From a virus: a stretch of 64,000 bases of DNA. The DNA lies in the IMG/VR virus record IMGVR_UViG_3300020192_000009, positions 34,504 to 98,503 of that record; one strand, 5' to 3'. This document shows, one piece after another, positions 1 to 10,706 of this stretch. The notes under the pieces are model-generated. The model saw nothing but the letters and a program-made list of their open reading frames with translations. It was not told where the DNA came from and did no database searches. Both the position numbers and the translations under genes were made by a program. Each line of letters begins with the position of its first letter. The stretch's first letter is position 1.

Positions 1-102
1 CTTGTGGTAGTCGCTTGGCCCAAATTCTTGCGAAAGCGCAAGCGCTCGCACGGCATCGGGATCGGGCAAGAAATCGTCAATAACGGTGATAACCCTAGGC
101 AT
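1..102 (-). CDS. 5' part of a DUF6445-like (2OG-Fe(II) oxygenase-like) protein, runs off the window edge
   Basis: Reverse strand from ATG at 102 reads MPRVITVIDDFLPDPDAVRALALSQEF, the typical N-terminus of this family. Confidence 0.55.
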   Translation of the reverse strand, partial: MPRVITVIDDFLPDPDAVRALALSQEFGPSDYHK

Positions 103-159
103 GCCGCGCAGCTTGCCAGCGTTTTGTACAGGAGGCAACGCTTTTGCTAAGCTTACACC

Positions 160-260
160 CGTACGGTGTCTCGAAGGCCGGTAGCGCACTTAGGCAAACC
201 GTACATTGAGCGGACTCAGCCAAGGGTAGTGCCTTGGCGTGCTGGTCCGCTTTCTTATTT
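160..260 (+). ncRNA. Candidate small structured RNA, or only a terminator
   Basis: TTGTAC-N18-TAAGCT at 124-153; stem GTACGGT(161-167)/ACCGTAC(198-204); stem AGCGGAC(209-215)/GTCCGCT(245-251) followed by TTCTTATTT. Confidence 0.35.
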
Positions 261-264
261 GTAG

Positions 265-975
265 CTACAGCATCGCAAGATTGAGCTTGCGGCGTCTTTT
301 ACGAGAACGCGCCCCTTTGAGAACTGGCCGGTCTGCGACGTAATCCACGTTGTAACCAAGGTCGAGAATCTTCCACTTGCCTTTGGCGTTGCGCCCTAGG
401 TTGGCGGCATGCCAGTCGAAGAACAACAGCTTACGTTCGCGAAACGCATCGCTTGTCTGTTGCACCATGGCCATTAGGCTGAGACAAGAAGACACCGTGT
501 CAGCAACGGGTATGCGCGCAGCTGTCTTCAATGCGCGTACAATTTGCATATCACAACATTGCGCATGTACTTTTACAGCCGGGGTTCTACGGGCGCATTT
601 CAAACCGTCAGAAAGTGTTTCTGAAGCGGCTGTAGGTGTTAGCTTTTCGACGCGCATCGCCCAACGCTCGTCATTGCCTGCAATTTGCAGGGCACTATAC
701 AGTGTCACAACACCGGGGATCCCCTGTGCGCCCATTGTGGTGTGCACGTCACCAGGATCGGTAGTCAACTTAATGACTTTGCCAGCCTCATCAGACTCGT
801 AAACACAGGCATAACTGCCGCAACCGTAACGCTTGGGCTTTGTCATGCGCCGCCCGAACAACTTGACCCACTGGGTGTCTGTCAAGCAAGTTAGGCTGTA
901 CGAGGCTCCCGTGCGTAAGCAGCGGCGGCCAGCGTCATCAATGGTTACGGTGTAGTTTCGCGTGGGAGCGCTCAT
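265..975 (-). CDS. Ser/Thr protein kinase-like protein
   Basis: Gly loop YGCGSYACVY, VIK lysine, catalytic loop DWHAAN, ILDLG; basic C-terminal tail; probable start MSAPTR at 975. Confidence 0.75.
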   Translation of the reverse strand: MSAPTRNYTVTIDDAGRRCLRTGASYSLTCLTDTQWVKLFGRRMTKPKRYGCGSYACVYESDEAGKVIKLTTDPGDVHTTMGAQGIPGVVTLYSALQIAGNDERWAMRVEKLTPTAASETLSDGLKCARRTPAVKVHAQCCDMQIVRALKTAARIPVADTVSSCLSLMAMVQQTSDAFRERKLLFFDWHAANLGRNAKGKWKILDLGYNVDYVADRPVLKGARSRKRRRKLNLAML

Positions 976-1000
976 CAGTAAACCAGTGTACGCCCACGTC

Positions 1001-1264
1001 TTAGGGCTTGTCGAACACGCCTGCCATGCGTGATCTGAATTGCTTGTTGGCTTCCGCCCAGCCCGCGGCCCGGCCTTCGTAGTAGCCCGCATCAAAGTCT
1101 AGGGGAATCGCGCAGGCGATTCGTAGATGATTGCGCAGCCATTCGGTTAACGCGGCTTTACCGCCGCAACGCTCATGGGCCTGGGCAAGCAATTCGTTGG
1201 GCACCCGTAACGCTATCGGTGTGGAATCCCGAACATTGTACAAACCGCCTTTAGGTCGCGCCAT
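1001..1264 (-). CDS. Ribbon-helix-helix-type regulator, divergent from the recombinase
   Basis: PIALRVPNELLAQAHE...LTEWLRNHL beta-helix-helix pattern. Confidence 0.55.
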   Translation of the reverse strand: MARPKGGLYNVRDSTPIALRVPNELLAQAHERCGGKAALTEWLRNHLRIACAIPLDFDAGYYEGRAAGWAEANKQFRSRMAGVFDKP

Positions 1265-1404
1265 GCTGCTTACCGTACCACTTTTCGCAATTGAAGGCGC
1301 CATTTCGACAGGTTGGGGCCCAAAAACGACGGCTATTTTGGCCTTCGTTTTGGGCCCAGGCCTAACCCCCTGTTTTTATTGTGTTTTCTTAGGTAACATT
1401 TTGC

Positions 1405-1433
1405 TTGTCATCCTTACAAGGATGCCGTATGCT
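1405..1433 (+). promoter_or_regulatory. Sigma70-type promoter of the recombinase with a palindromic operator in its spacer
   Basis: TTGTCA-N17-TATGCT; perfect inverted repeat CATCCTT-AC-AAGGATG at 1409-1424. Confidence 0.6.
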
Positions 1434-1487
1434 GGTTTCAATGGGGCGGCAAATTAACGCCGAAAACCCTCAGGTTAGGACGGTATT

Positions 1488-2204
1488 GTGGCGCATAAAG
1501 ATGTCGATTCCGAAGCGGTCTATACCGTGCAAGAGATCCAACAGGTTTTGCGTACGGCACGCACTATAGGCACGCTTGCTTTCACATTGACAGCATGGTG
1601 CTACGAATTTGGCGCACGCACCGCAGAGCCGGGCCAACAGTTGTTGCGTGACGTGGACTTGCCGAACAATCGCGCACGGCCTACGCACCTCAAAGGTGGT
1701 GCTAGCAAGGCCTGGCAGTTCCTGATGCCCAATTGCCAAGCAGCCTTACCCCTGTGGCTTGCAGAACGCGAAACGCATATCAGCCAACCCACCCAAGCGC
1801 TTTATCTGTTTCCGGCACGCAAGCCAGGCAAGTGCCTTACTTGTGAAGGGACCGGCCAACGCGCAAAGCAAATGCGCGATGGTGAACGGCGCTTCAAGGG
1901 CCCACGTGTGCCTTGCCATCATTGCGCGGCTACGGGCAAACGATGGGGCATGGACCGCCGCGAAGTGTACGCAATCGTTGCGCCCGTGTTACGCGCAGCG
2001 GGTATGCCAAAGGGCCGCCAGCATCCACACGTTCTGCGCCACAGTGTGATCACACATATGCTTGACGCAGGCGTGGCTCCCAAAGTAATTCAAGAACGTG
2101 TAGGGCATCGCAGTCTGCAAACGACACTCGACTATGTGAAAGCGACCGATGCGGGTCGTGCTGAAGTCATGGGCAAAATGAATGCCCTATTCGCAAAGCA
2201 ATAA
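1488..2204 (+). CDS. Compact tyrosine recombinase (catalytic domain only) with an inserted Zn ribbon
   Basis: GARTAE (R), HLKGG (K), HVLRH (HxxR), VGH, DY; insertion CLTCEGTG...CHHCAATG. Confidence 0.9.
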   Translation: MAHKDVDSEAVYTVQEIQQVLRTARTIGTLAFTLTAWCYEFGARTAEPGQQLLRDVDLPNNRARPTHLKGGASKAWQFLMPNCQAALPLWLAERETHISQPTQALYLFPARKPGKCLTCEGTGQRAKQMRDGERRFKGPRVPCHHCAATGKRWGMDRREVYAIVAPVLRAAGMPKGRQHPHVLRHSVITHMLDAGVAPKVIQERVGHRSLQTTLDYVKATDAGRAEVMGKMNALFAKQ

Positions 2205-2226
2205 CAACAACAACAACAACAACAAC
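2203..2226 (+). repeat. (AAC)8 microsatellite between the recombinase stop and array 1
   Basis: Directly visible tandem AAC. Confidence 0.9.
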
Positions 2227-2292
2227 AAAAGCCAGAAAGTGAAAGTGCCTCCGACCAAGACTTTGGTGTACCAACGACTAAAGCGACAATTT

Positions 2293-3046
2293 GCCGCAAA
2301 GGCTGTGCAATGCCTTTCAAAATTGCAACAGCGCGCAGCCTTGCGTGCCAAAGGCTGTGCAATGCCTTACAAATTGCAACTGCGCGTATATCTTCACTGC
2401 GCAACAAAGGCCGTGCAATGCCTTTCAAAATTGCAACTTCGCACGCGCAGTCTGTGCATGGCCGGTGGCAAAGGCTGTGCAATGCCTTACAAAATTGCAA
2501 CCATGGGGAAAGGCCAGCGCGCGATCTGCTGTGTGACAAAGGCCGTGCAATGCCCTACAAAATTGCAACGTGCGCGTGGTGTTGACCGCGCTACCGCAGC
2601 TTATGCTGTAACAAAGGCTGTGCAATGCCTTTCAAAATTGCAACTTGGACCCGCGGGCGTGGCGCCTGCTGGGCCTGTGACAAAGGCTGCGCAATGCCTT
2701 TCAAAATTGCAACGGATCACCAGCTACCTCTACACCAACGGGTGCGCCCGTGACAAAGGCCGTGCAATGCCTTTCAAAATTGCAACGCGAACTGCGTTCG
2801 CGCCTTGGCGCCAAAGAGGATAGCGTGACAAAGGCTGTGCAATGCCTTTCAAAATTGCAACCGGCATACCACGTCGGCCGCCGCCTCCGGTTTAAGGGTG
2901 ACAAAGGCCGTGCAATGCCTTTCAAAATTGCAACGCGCAAGCATAAGCTGCGCCTCTACGGTCAACACTACGTGACAAAGGCCGTGCAATGCCTTACAAA
3001 ATTGCAAGACGAACGGGCAATATCCAATGTCTTTCAAAATTGTAAC
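2293..3046 (+). CRISPR. CRISPR-like array 1: 11 repeats plus a degenerate terminal copy
   Basis: Repeats start at 2293, 2345, 2401, 2465, 2533, 2608, 2677, 2750, 2825, 2898, 2972; spacers 15,20,27,31,38,32,36,38,36,37 nt; hairpin AAAGGC/GCCTTT; 3' end ATTGCAAC. Confidence 0.9.
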
Positions 3047-3058
3047 AAAGACGTAAAC

Positions 3059-3433
3059 ATGCCCACTAAAAAACCCCGCAAACAATGCACACATTGCCCT
3101 TGGCGTGTGGACGTTGACCCCCACGAGATCCCTAATGGGTATTGCCCCACAAAACACGCCGGACTTAAACGCACGATTGCGCAAGACGCGCATCTTATGC
3201 GAGGGTTACATGTTTTCGTATGCCACGAAACCACTAAGCTGCCGTGTGTCGGTTGGTTGCACAATCAACTTGGCGCGGGCAATAACATCACATTGCGTGT
3301 AGCCGTAATTGAAGGCCGAGTTAACGCCAACTACAAAACCGTTGGCGAGCAACATGAAACATTCGAAGACACTTTACCGGAGCCGCAAAATGGACATGGA
3401 CATGACCGAAACACCAACAACAACGACAGCTGA
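3059..3433 (+). CDS. DUF6283-like Cys-rich phage protein
   Basis: KQCTHCPWR...FVCHE...PCVGWL motif; start MPTKK at 3059. Confidence 0.65.
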   Translation: MPTKKPRKQCTHCPWRVDVDPHEIPNGYCPTKHAGLKRTIAQDAHLMRGLHVFVCHETTKLPCVGWLHNQLGAGNNITLRVAVIEGRVNANYKTVGEQHETFEDTLPEPQNGHGHDRNTNNNDS

Positions 3434-4148
3434 AGAACTGCAAGTGATGCTCAGCGAAATGCACAACGCTAGCATGGCGTTTTACTACACCGCCACGCAC
3501 ATCGGTGTGCATGCATTTATCGAGTTTGCAGGTTTGATGAACGAATTCATTAAAATCTGCAATGACAATTACAAGGCGCACGGCACAAACTTCGCGCATG
3601 CCTCGAAGCACACAGGCAAAGCGTTAGAAATGCAAGCGTACCAAGCGGCGTATCTAGGAGAGAAGTTTGGTTGCATTTTTGGTAACGCCATTACGCCCCA
3701 TTGGGCCGCGTTCGTTACTGCGACGTTTGACGGGCCCGCGCCGGTTGTGCCTTGGACCCCGGTTGCACCTTGGGCGCCTACGCCTGCGGATGTAGTGAGC
3801 TTCTCCCCGCCTTGTCCAGCGTACGACACCGCGCAAACTACCGTTACCGAACAGCAACAAGCTGCACCGCAATTTTTGCCCAAAAGCATTGCGGCCATCC
3901 GCGCAAAACTGAGTGTTGCATTCGATGCTTTTGAAATGGAACAGAACTTTGATTTGCTTGATGATGCGCTCGGTGCCGCGTACCCAGATGGTGAAGCGTC
4001 TGAAAGCGGCTATCAGCCGGGGGCCACAAGGTTGCAGCTTGATTGCTTGATTACGCAATTAACCGACTTTGCAGACGCCGCGAATTCGGCGGCAAGCAAC
4101 CTTGTCAACCTTCGTGAAAAACATTTGAACACACCATGCGCGTCATGA
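3399..4148 (+). CDS. Hypothetical phage protein
   Basis: Long ORF coupled to its neighbours; HAFIEFAGLMNEFIKIC; start approximate. Confidence 0.6.
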   Translation, partial: DMTETPTTTTAEELQVMLSEMHNASMAFYYTATHIGVHAFIEFAGLMNEFIKICNDNYKAHGTNFAHASKHTGKALEMQAYQAAYLGEKFGCIFGNAITPHWAAFVTATFDGPAPVVPWTPVAPWAPTPADVVSFSPPCPAYDTAQTTVTEQQQAAPQFLPKSIAAIRAKLSVAFDAFEMEQNFDLLDDALGAAYPDGEASESGYQPGATRLQLDCLITQLTDFADAANSAASNLVNLREKHLNTPCAS

Positions 4149-4632
4149 CACGCGCAGCGGCAAGGCAACGTGTGTGGCAAAGGCTGGCGGCCCTGCTGAA
4201 ACACGATATCTGCGTAGACGTAGATGTTGAATGGCTGGAAAAGCATGCAAGCCCTGACGGCAAAGGCACGCTGTGCAATCAGCCGCCGTTAAACAGTATG
4301 GATCGCGCATGCTTACGCGCGGCAGCTAGAGACGTGCTCGAAGAATTGACCAAAAAGGCAGAAAAACTATGAAACTTTGGGATTCCCTTAAAAAAGTGTT
4401 CACAAAACAAACGCCAAGATTTGCATTGGGTACGCCCATTCAGTTAACGAAAGACTGTGGGTGCTCGCTACGTTTTGCGGGCCGCATGGGCATTGTGGAA
4501 GGCCAGATCAACCCCAATACATTTTTGGTGCACATTCCCAGTTTACACGCCGAAACCGAAATCGTTATTGTCTGCGCTGCCGGGCTGGCCCCCTTCACAA
4601 ACAACACTGCACTGTTGCACTAGGATTTTTAA

Positions 4633-5652
4633 ATGGCATTTTCAGTTCGTATTCTTGCAGACTCGGTAAGCCCTACAGGCGACCGGCTAACAACGATGCT
4701 CGCGACGTATCCACGCATGATTCATAGCGAGAACATGACGCATCGGATTTTGTCCAAATGCTCGGCATCTTCGCGCGCGATTCCCGTTGAGAAGATGTTG
4801 AGCGCCATCGAAACGGATCCTGTGGTTCCGATCTGGTGGGGCGCAAACCAATCCGGCATGCAAGCCTTGGCAGAGATTGACGACAAAGCCGCCGCTGAAG
4901 CTTGGTGGCGCGAAGGCGTAAACCAATCAGTAGCGCATGCGCGCAAAGGCATCGCGCTCGGATTGCACAAACAAATTGTCAATCGTGTCGTGGAACCCGG
5001 AATGTGGATCACAGTGGTCATGTCGGGCACAAGCTGGACCAACTTTGCAGGCTTACGTTGCCACAAAGACGCAGAACCCCATATGCACCGGTTCGCCGAT
5101 ATGGCGATGGAGTCTGTTGGAAAGTCTGTGCCGATGCCGCTTGCCGCGGGTCAATGGCATTTGCCGTTTATCGGTCCTGAAGACGTTGAGCTTGCTACCA
5201 AATGGATCGAAGATGGCTACGATTCAACAACACGGCCTGATAGCCAATTCATCAAACATGAAATCGAAACCGTCTTGTGCAAAGTTTCGGTTGGCCGTTG
5301 CGCCCGCGTCTCGTACTTAACACATGATGGCAAACGTGACTTGATGGAAGACATCAGGCTACACGACAGGTTGATTGCACAGGTGCCGCTTCATGCGACG
5401 CCTGCAGAGCACGTAGCCATGGCAATGCCGTATCCAGCATGGTTCCAATCCGCGCATTTATCGACACACGAGCTTAACAACATGCGCATGGCATATCGCC
5501 AACAGCGCGAAGCTGCGCCGCAAACACAGATCACACAACTTGAGCTTGAAATCGAAACCTGCCTTGCACAGCTTCAAAGCGGCAATTTCCGAGGCTTTCG
5601 GCAATACCGCAAAATGAAAATGAATGAACACATCGGGGAGCCCATGCCATGA
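4633..5652 (+). CDS. thyX: Flavin-dependent thymidylate synthase (phage type)
   Basis: THRILSKCSASSRAIP, LHKQIVNRVVEP, RCARVSY, HATPAEH motifs. Confidence 0.85.
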   Translation: MAFSVRILADSVSPTGDRLTTMLATYPRMIHSENMTHRILSKCSASSRAIPVEKMLSAIETDPVVPIWWGANQSGMQALAEIDDKAAAEAWWREGVNQSVAHARKGIALGLHKQIVNRVVEPGMWITVVMSGTSWTNFAGLRCHKDAEPHMHRFADMAMESVGKSVPMPLAAGQWHLPFIGPEDVELATKWIEDGYDSTTRPDSQFIKHEIETVLCKVSVGRCARVSYLTHDGKRDLMEDIRLHDRLIAQVPLHATPAEHVAMAMPYPAWFQSAHLSTHELNNMRMAYRQQREAAPQTQITQLELEIETCLAQLQSGNFRGFRQYRKMKMNEHIGEPMP

Positions 5653-5717
5653 ACGTTGCGCGCACGGGCTTACGCGCACGCATTACTATCAACACAATCG
5701 AGTAGAAAGGGGCACAC

Positions 5718-8700
5718 ATGGCTTGGTACGTTCAAACATTTGAAAACTACATCGAAGTCTTCGAGACAGCCGCCAAAGCTGAAGCGTTCGCTAACAGTGC
5801 ATTGCAAGAGGTACGCGATACCGCAAGCGATGGTTGGCCCGAATCTATGACAACTCTCGAATGGGGCGAATTGCAGTGCCACGCGCATTGTCGGCAAATT
5901 TGCGAAATGCTTGCGCCACAAAATTCCGGCTTCGACACGGTAGCGGATTTTGGCCTTCTATCCGCAATCGTACCTGAAATGTCACGTGTCGCGCAGCTTG
6001 AAGCCTTGCTGACAACAATGACTGAGATGCTTGATGTCGATTTAGACGACCATGCTGAAATTCAAACGGCAGTGCAAACAGCGCGCGAACTCCTTGCAAA
6101 ACCGCTTGAGGGTTGGCAACCCATGGCGCCAGGCGCAGCGCTAAAGGCTGCGATGGAAGGCAAGATTGTCGAAGCCAGCCCGGGCGGCGATTTCCCTTGG
6201 CACCGAGTGACGTTCACGCCTGCAGGCTTCGCCTGTTATTATGATGCCATGCCAACAGTAACACGCTTGTATCGTGTGAAAGCTGCACGCGCACCATGAC
6301 AACGCTCAAAGAAAATCACATAGCGGGCCTTGAAACATCAGTTCAACGCTTGGCGGCGCAGGTTGAAACGCTTACTGCCGCAAATGCCAAACTCGTAGCA
6401 GCGGCGGCTGAGAGCGACAACGAATACTTTCGTATTTACACACATGTGCAACGGCTCGAAGGTGTTCTCGGCCAAGCGATCAAATCCGGCTTCACCTGCG
6501 AAGACCTTGTAAAATTGCAAGCGCATTTGCGAGGTGAGTTACCTTGGGCACCGATAGCGCAAGTTAAACGAATTGAACTCGAAACAGAAATTGCCACGCT
6601 TAAAGCCGTCATTGCTATAGCGCGAAAAGCGCAAGAAGATGAATGGCCAGAGTAAAACACACACGAGATTTACAACACTGCAAAAGATAGCCAATGCGCA
6701 CAATACACACAATGACCGCATGGTCCACGGGGCAACATGAAACAGTACGAGCGCGCATCGCCGCGCATCGTGCTGCTGACGAAATCATCCAGGGTATTGG
6801 GTGGAACGGCAAGCGCGGTTGCGCAATCGGCTGCAGCCTAGACGTTTACGACCACGAGGAATTTGCGACTGTGGTGATTGGCAACAACGCGCGAAACGAC
6901 GGCATCAAGATCGCACGCCTTGTGGATCGGCTACACGAATTGTTGCCCCTCGATCTGGCGCTCGACTGGCCCGGTCGTGTAGCGAACGCGCTTACGCCGG
7001 GAGCGGACACAACGCACGTACTGGCTCGCTGGTTCGTATGGTTCTTACGTGTCGAGCTTCATGAACGCGATATTACTACGTACGGCGAACAGATCGCGGT
7101 GCTGTACGAGCGCCGAATTGCAGGCGACGAACCTGATGCTAACGAATGGACCGACGCCGCCGATGCCGCCTATGACGCAGTGAGTGCCATCTACGACGCA
7201 GCTGTTGCCGCCACCAGCAACGCCACCGGTTACGGCGCATACTCCGACTATCCCGTCAGAGTCAACGCCACCTATGGCAGCGCTACACGAATGGCAGATG
7301 CTTTGATCGAAATCATGGCTGCAACAACTCCTTGGGCTTCACGCAAGCCTATCGCTACAGCGATGAAGGGCGGCTAATGTATTTAAGCCCTAGAATTCGC
7401 GGCGTAGCCGGGCTGATTCAGCGCCTCGGCTACAGTGTTATCGACGACGGCACGTGCAAGCCTGCAACCGAACGCGAGTGCGACGTGCCTTATTTGGTCG
7501 TTCAAGTCGAATTCCCTAACATGATGTTTCAAAGGGCCTGGCAATTACGCCACGGGCTATTTGATGCTGGGCACAAGGACGTGGTTGTTGAAATCTCGTA
7601 CTCGACAATAGACAACGTGGCTACGTTAATTGTATTCCCAGAAGGGTTGGCTTCATGCAAGCCTAGCGACACAGTAACGGAGGGCGGACAATGAGGATCA
7701 ATGTCTACAGCCAAGAGATCACGGCAGAAACATCACTGATAAGCAAGGGCAGTAATACGGGAATCACTTACCATGCAGTACAACTTATCCTGCATTCATC
7801 ACCGATGCTGCATCATCCGCCAGAAGATGATGATCGAAGTGCCGTGACCTTCTGGCTCCCAAAGTCGCGAAGCCGCAGGGAGGCGTTCGCCGCCGCCCTT
7901 GAAAATATGGCGCGCCTGGTGCGCACTGCCCCGGAAGAAACGGGATTGGATTAGGCAGTGAAACGCCCACACCGAATCAAAAAGAGTAAATGGAATTGGG
8001 ACAGGTCACACACTGCGCTCACGTACTGGTGGAAACGAGAAGACCGTTGGGCGGACCACATGACCAACTTGGGAACGACCGCTGCTGGAAACCGATGGCG
8101 CGCTGAGGTTGCGAAAGGCTAAATCATGACCACCGAACTCGAAGTGCAACCCGAAGTGCTCCCGCCCGTGGCCGAACAACTGCTGATCGATCTAGCGAAA
8201 ATGCGTGCTCATAGTGAAGCCATACGCAACGCATTCGCAGCCGTGAGCCATGAACGAAGAAACAAAGTTAAACACACAGAAAAGGAACAGCCAATGACCG
8301 ACCGCAAATACAAATACGAAGTGGGGCAACATGTGATCTACGTTGATCCGCTGGGAACTCCACGAGATGCCTTAGTCACAGTTTGGTGGGGCGATGTTCG
8401 AACCTGCGGCGATATCGTCGATGAATCGGGATGCAACGTAGCATTTGTCGAAGGTGACGCCGCCAAAAAAGACGCTAATGGCCGTCAGGTAAGTCACGCC
8501 GCGTCTGTAGTGCACAGGAGTAAGAAAGCCGCTCACGGGCACTATTGGTGTTGGGATTACGAGTTGGACGTAGGTCAAAAATCTATGTTGAACACAGACC
8601 ATAGGTAGCGCGCTTGTTTTAAGCCTCAGACGTAGCGGAGCCTTGAACTGGGACCGCTACGTCTGAAATGGACGTAGTGTTCGACGCGCACTGGCGCGGA

Positions 8701-9336
8701 TGGTGCGCGAGATTTACGCGACAACGACGGAGGACGGACAGTGAACATTGAAGACACACAAGAATGGACCGCGTACGAAAGGACCAAACTTGAAAGTATA
8801 AAGTCTGCGGCGTACCTTGCCCGCTGGACGCACGAAGGGCATCTGCAACTCGGTGAATCGCCGGGGGCCTTAATGCTGGACCACGCGCGCGCCTCGGCTG
8901 CGACTGAACGTTGCCTCGAAAGTGTGAGGCGCAAGCGCTTGGAGTTAGCACCACAGGCACCCGATGCCGATGCCCTCGTGATTGAAGCACATACGCAGGC
9001 GCTAATTCGATACACGAAAACCAACGACGCGACCTTGGCGGCGATACAGACAATGCTCGCGCGGTTGGCTGCGCTTGAGGAGGCAAACCCACATGCAGGG
9101 TTCAACATCGTGCTCGGGGTGAAGCCATGAGCACCATCAGAGTACTCGAAGGCGCTTGGGCAATCGAGAAGGGGGGTACGCCGGATATCCTGTTGACATG
9201 CAACGGCGCGGTCATGTGCGCCATAGACAGCCGTGGAATGCTGACGCACCACGGGCGATCATCCATGGTTCCCATTGATCACGTCGAGGCGCTTATAGCT
9301 GCGTGGCGCGAACACCAAGTGTTGGCCAAACTGTGA
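5718..9336 (+). other. Run of translationally coupled small hypothetical genes (5718-6299, 6296-6655, 6694-7377, ~7377-7694, 7691-7954, 8126-8608, 8741-9130, 9127-9336)
   Basis: Same-strand ORFs with ATGA overlaps and RBSs; no function recognised. Confidence 0.6.
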
Positions 9337-10100
9337 GCACTAACGCGGCGCTAGGAATCGACGGCATGTTTCGGGCTTTGCTAGGGGACACCTTTGCACG
9401 CATGGCTGAAATACCAGACGGCTCAATCGACATGGTGTTAGCCGATCTGCCCTACGGCACATCAAAATGTAAGTGGGATTCAGTTATCCCATTCGAGCCG
9501 TTATGGGCTGCGTACAAACGGGTCTGCAAACCCAATGCAGCGATTGTACTCACGGCTGCTCAACCATTTACAAGCGCTTTGGTGATGAGCAACACCCGAA
9601 TGTTTAAGTATTCATGGATATGGAAAAAAACGAAGGCACGCGGGCATCTGAACGCTTGGAAAATGCCCATGCGCGATCACGAAGACGTTCTTGTGTTTTA
9701 CAGCAAGCAGACTACGTATAACCCGCAAATCACTGATAAGCCTAAAGAGCGCATTCGCCCTCAGACAGCAAGATCCGCGGGATCAGACTGTTACGGAAAA
9801 TTCGGCCTAAGTGCATATAGATGCCCTGCAGATAAGAGCATGCCTAAATCTGTCTTAACATTCACAAATGCCCAGAACACCGTGCACCCCACGCAGAAGC
9901 CCGTGGCGCTCATGGAGTACTTGATCCGGACATACACGAATCCAGGCGATCTAGTGCTCGACAATGTTATGGGCAGCGGCACAACGGGAGTCGCTGCAAT
10001 TCGGGCAAGCCGCCGCTTCGTAGGTATTGAGCGCGACAAAAAGTATTTTGAGATTGCTTGTAAGCGATTGCGAAATGAAAAGGTTGAGGTGACACCATGA
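9333..10100 (+). CDS. DNA N6-adenine/N4-cytosine methyltransferase (beta class)
   Basis: DLPY catalytic motif precedes HPTQKP and DNVMGSGTT SAM motif. Confidence 0.9.
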   Translation: MSTNAALGIDGMFRALLGDTFARMAEIPDGSIDMVLADLPYGTSKCKWDSVIPFEPLWAAYKRVCKPNAAIVLTAAQPFTSALVMSNTRMFKYSWIWKKTKARGHLNAWKMPMRDHEDVLVFYSKQTTYNPQITDKPKERIRPQTARSAGSDCYGKFGLSAYRCPADKSMPKSVLTFTNAQNTVHPTQKPVALMEYLIRTYTNPGDLVLDNVMGSGTTGVAAIRASRRFVGIERDKKYFEIACKRLRNEKVEVTP

Positions 10101-10522
10101 AACGCTATAGCATCCAAAAGAAAACATCATCGGATGGGTTGTACACAACCGCCGCAATGGTCGAAGACCCTGAAGGCAAATACTGCGAATTTGAGAGCTT
10201 TGACATCGGGGATTACGCCACTGATTGCATTGATGCTCTTAAAGTGGCCATTGCCAAAGCCTTTACCACCATTGCCGAGCTTGACGAAATCATCGACAAG
10301 CTACACGCGCCTAGCGCCGCGTACCCTGCAGCCGAATACCACGAGGATTATGGATGCGTGTTGTGGTGGCGCTTTCCTCTCGAAGAACCGCCATGGGTTG
10401 GCAGCCCGTTGGACGATGATTTTACGCCCGACTACTACACGCATTGGTCAAGATTGCGGCTACCCGCGCCCCCGCCGGAATGCGCGCAAGCTGACAGCGA
10501 GAAAGTTGAGGTGAAACCGTGA
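10097..10522 (+). CDS. Hypothetical phage protein
   Basis: Coupled ORF with YHEDYGCVLWWRFP.EEPPWVGSPLD...YYTHW. Confidence 0.6.
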   Translation: MKRYSIQKKTSSDGLYTTAAMVEDPEGKYCEFESFDIGDYATDCIDALKVAIAKAFTTIAELDEIIDKLHAPSAAYPAAEYHEDYGCVLWWRFPLEEPPWVGSPLDDDFTPDYYTHWSRLRLPAPPPECAQADSEKVEVKP

Positions 10523-10706
10523 AACGCAAGATCATCCAAATTACATCGTGTGGCGTACCTAGCGTGCCAGGCTCCTTTAGCGAAATGCTATTCACCCTGT
10601 ATGCACTTTGTGACGATGGCACTGTGTTTCGCCTTTGGGACAACCGTCCAGATAATTGGAAACGTGTGGTGCCCATTCCACAAGACGACACGACGGAGGT
10701 GAAGCC

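Noticed and set aside
2182-2823. Long ORFs running through the arrays (also 52515-53033, 52549-53004, 57563-57883)
   Set aside because: They are translations of the repeat (KAVQCLSKLQ, QRLCNAF, KGCAMPFKIAT) in shifting frames and are not credible as conventional genes
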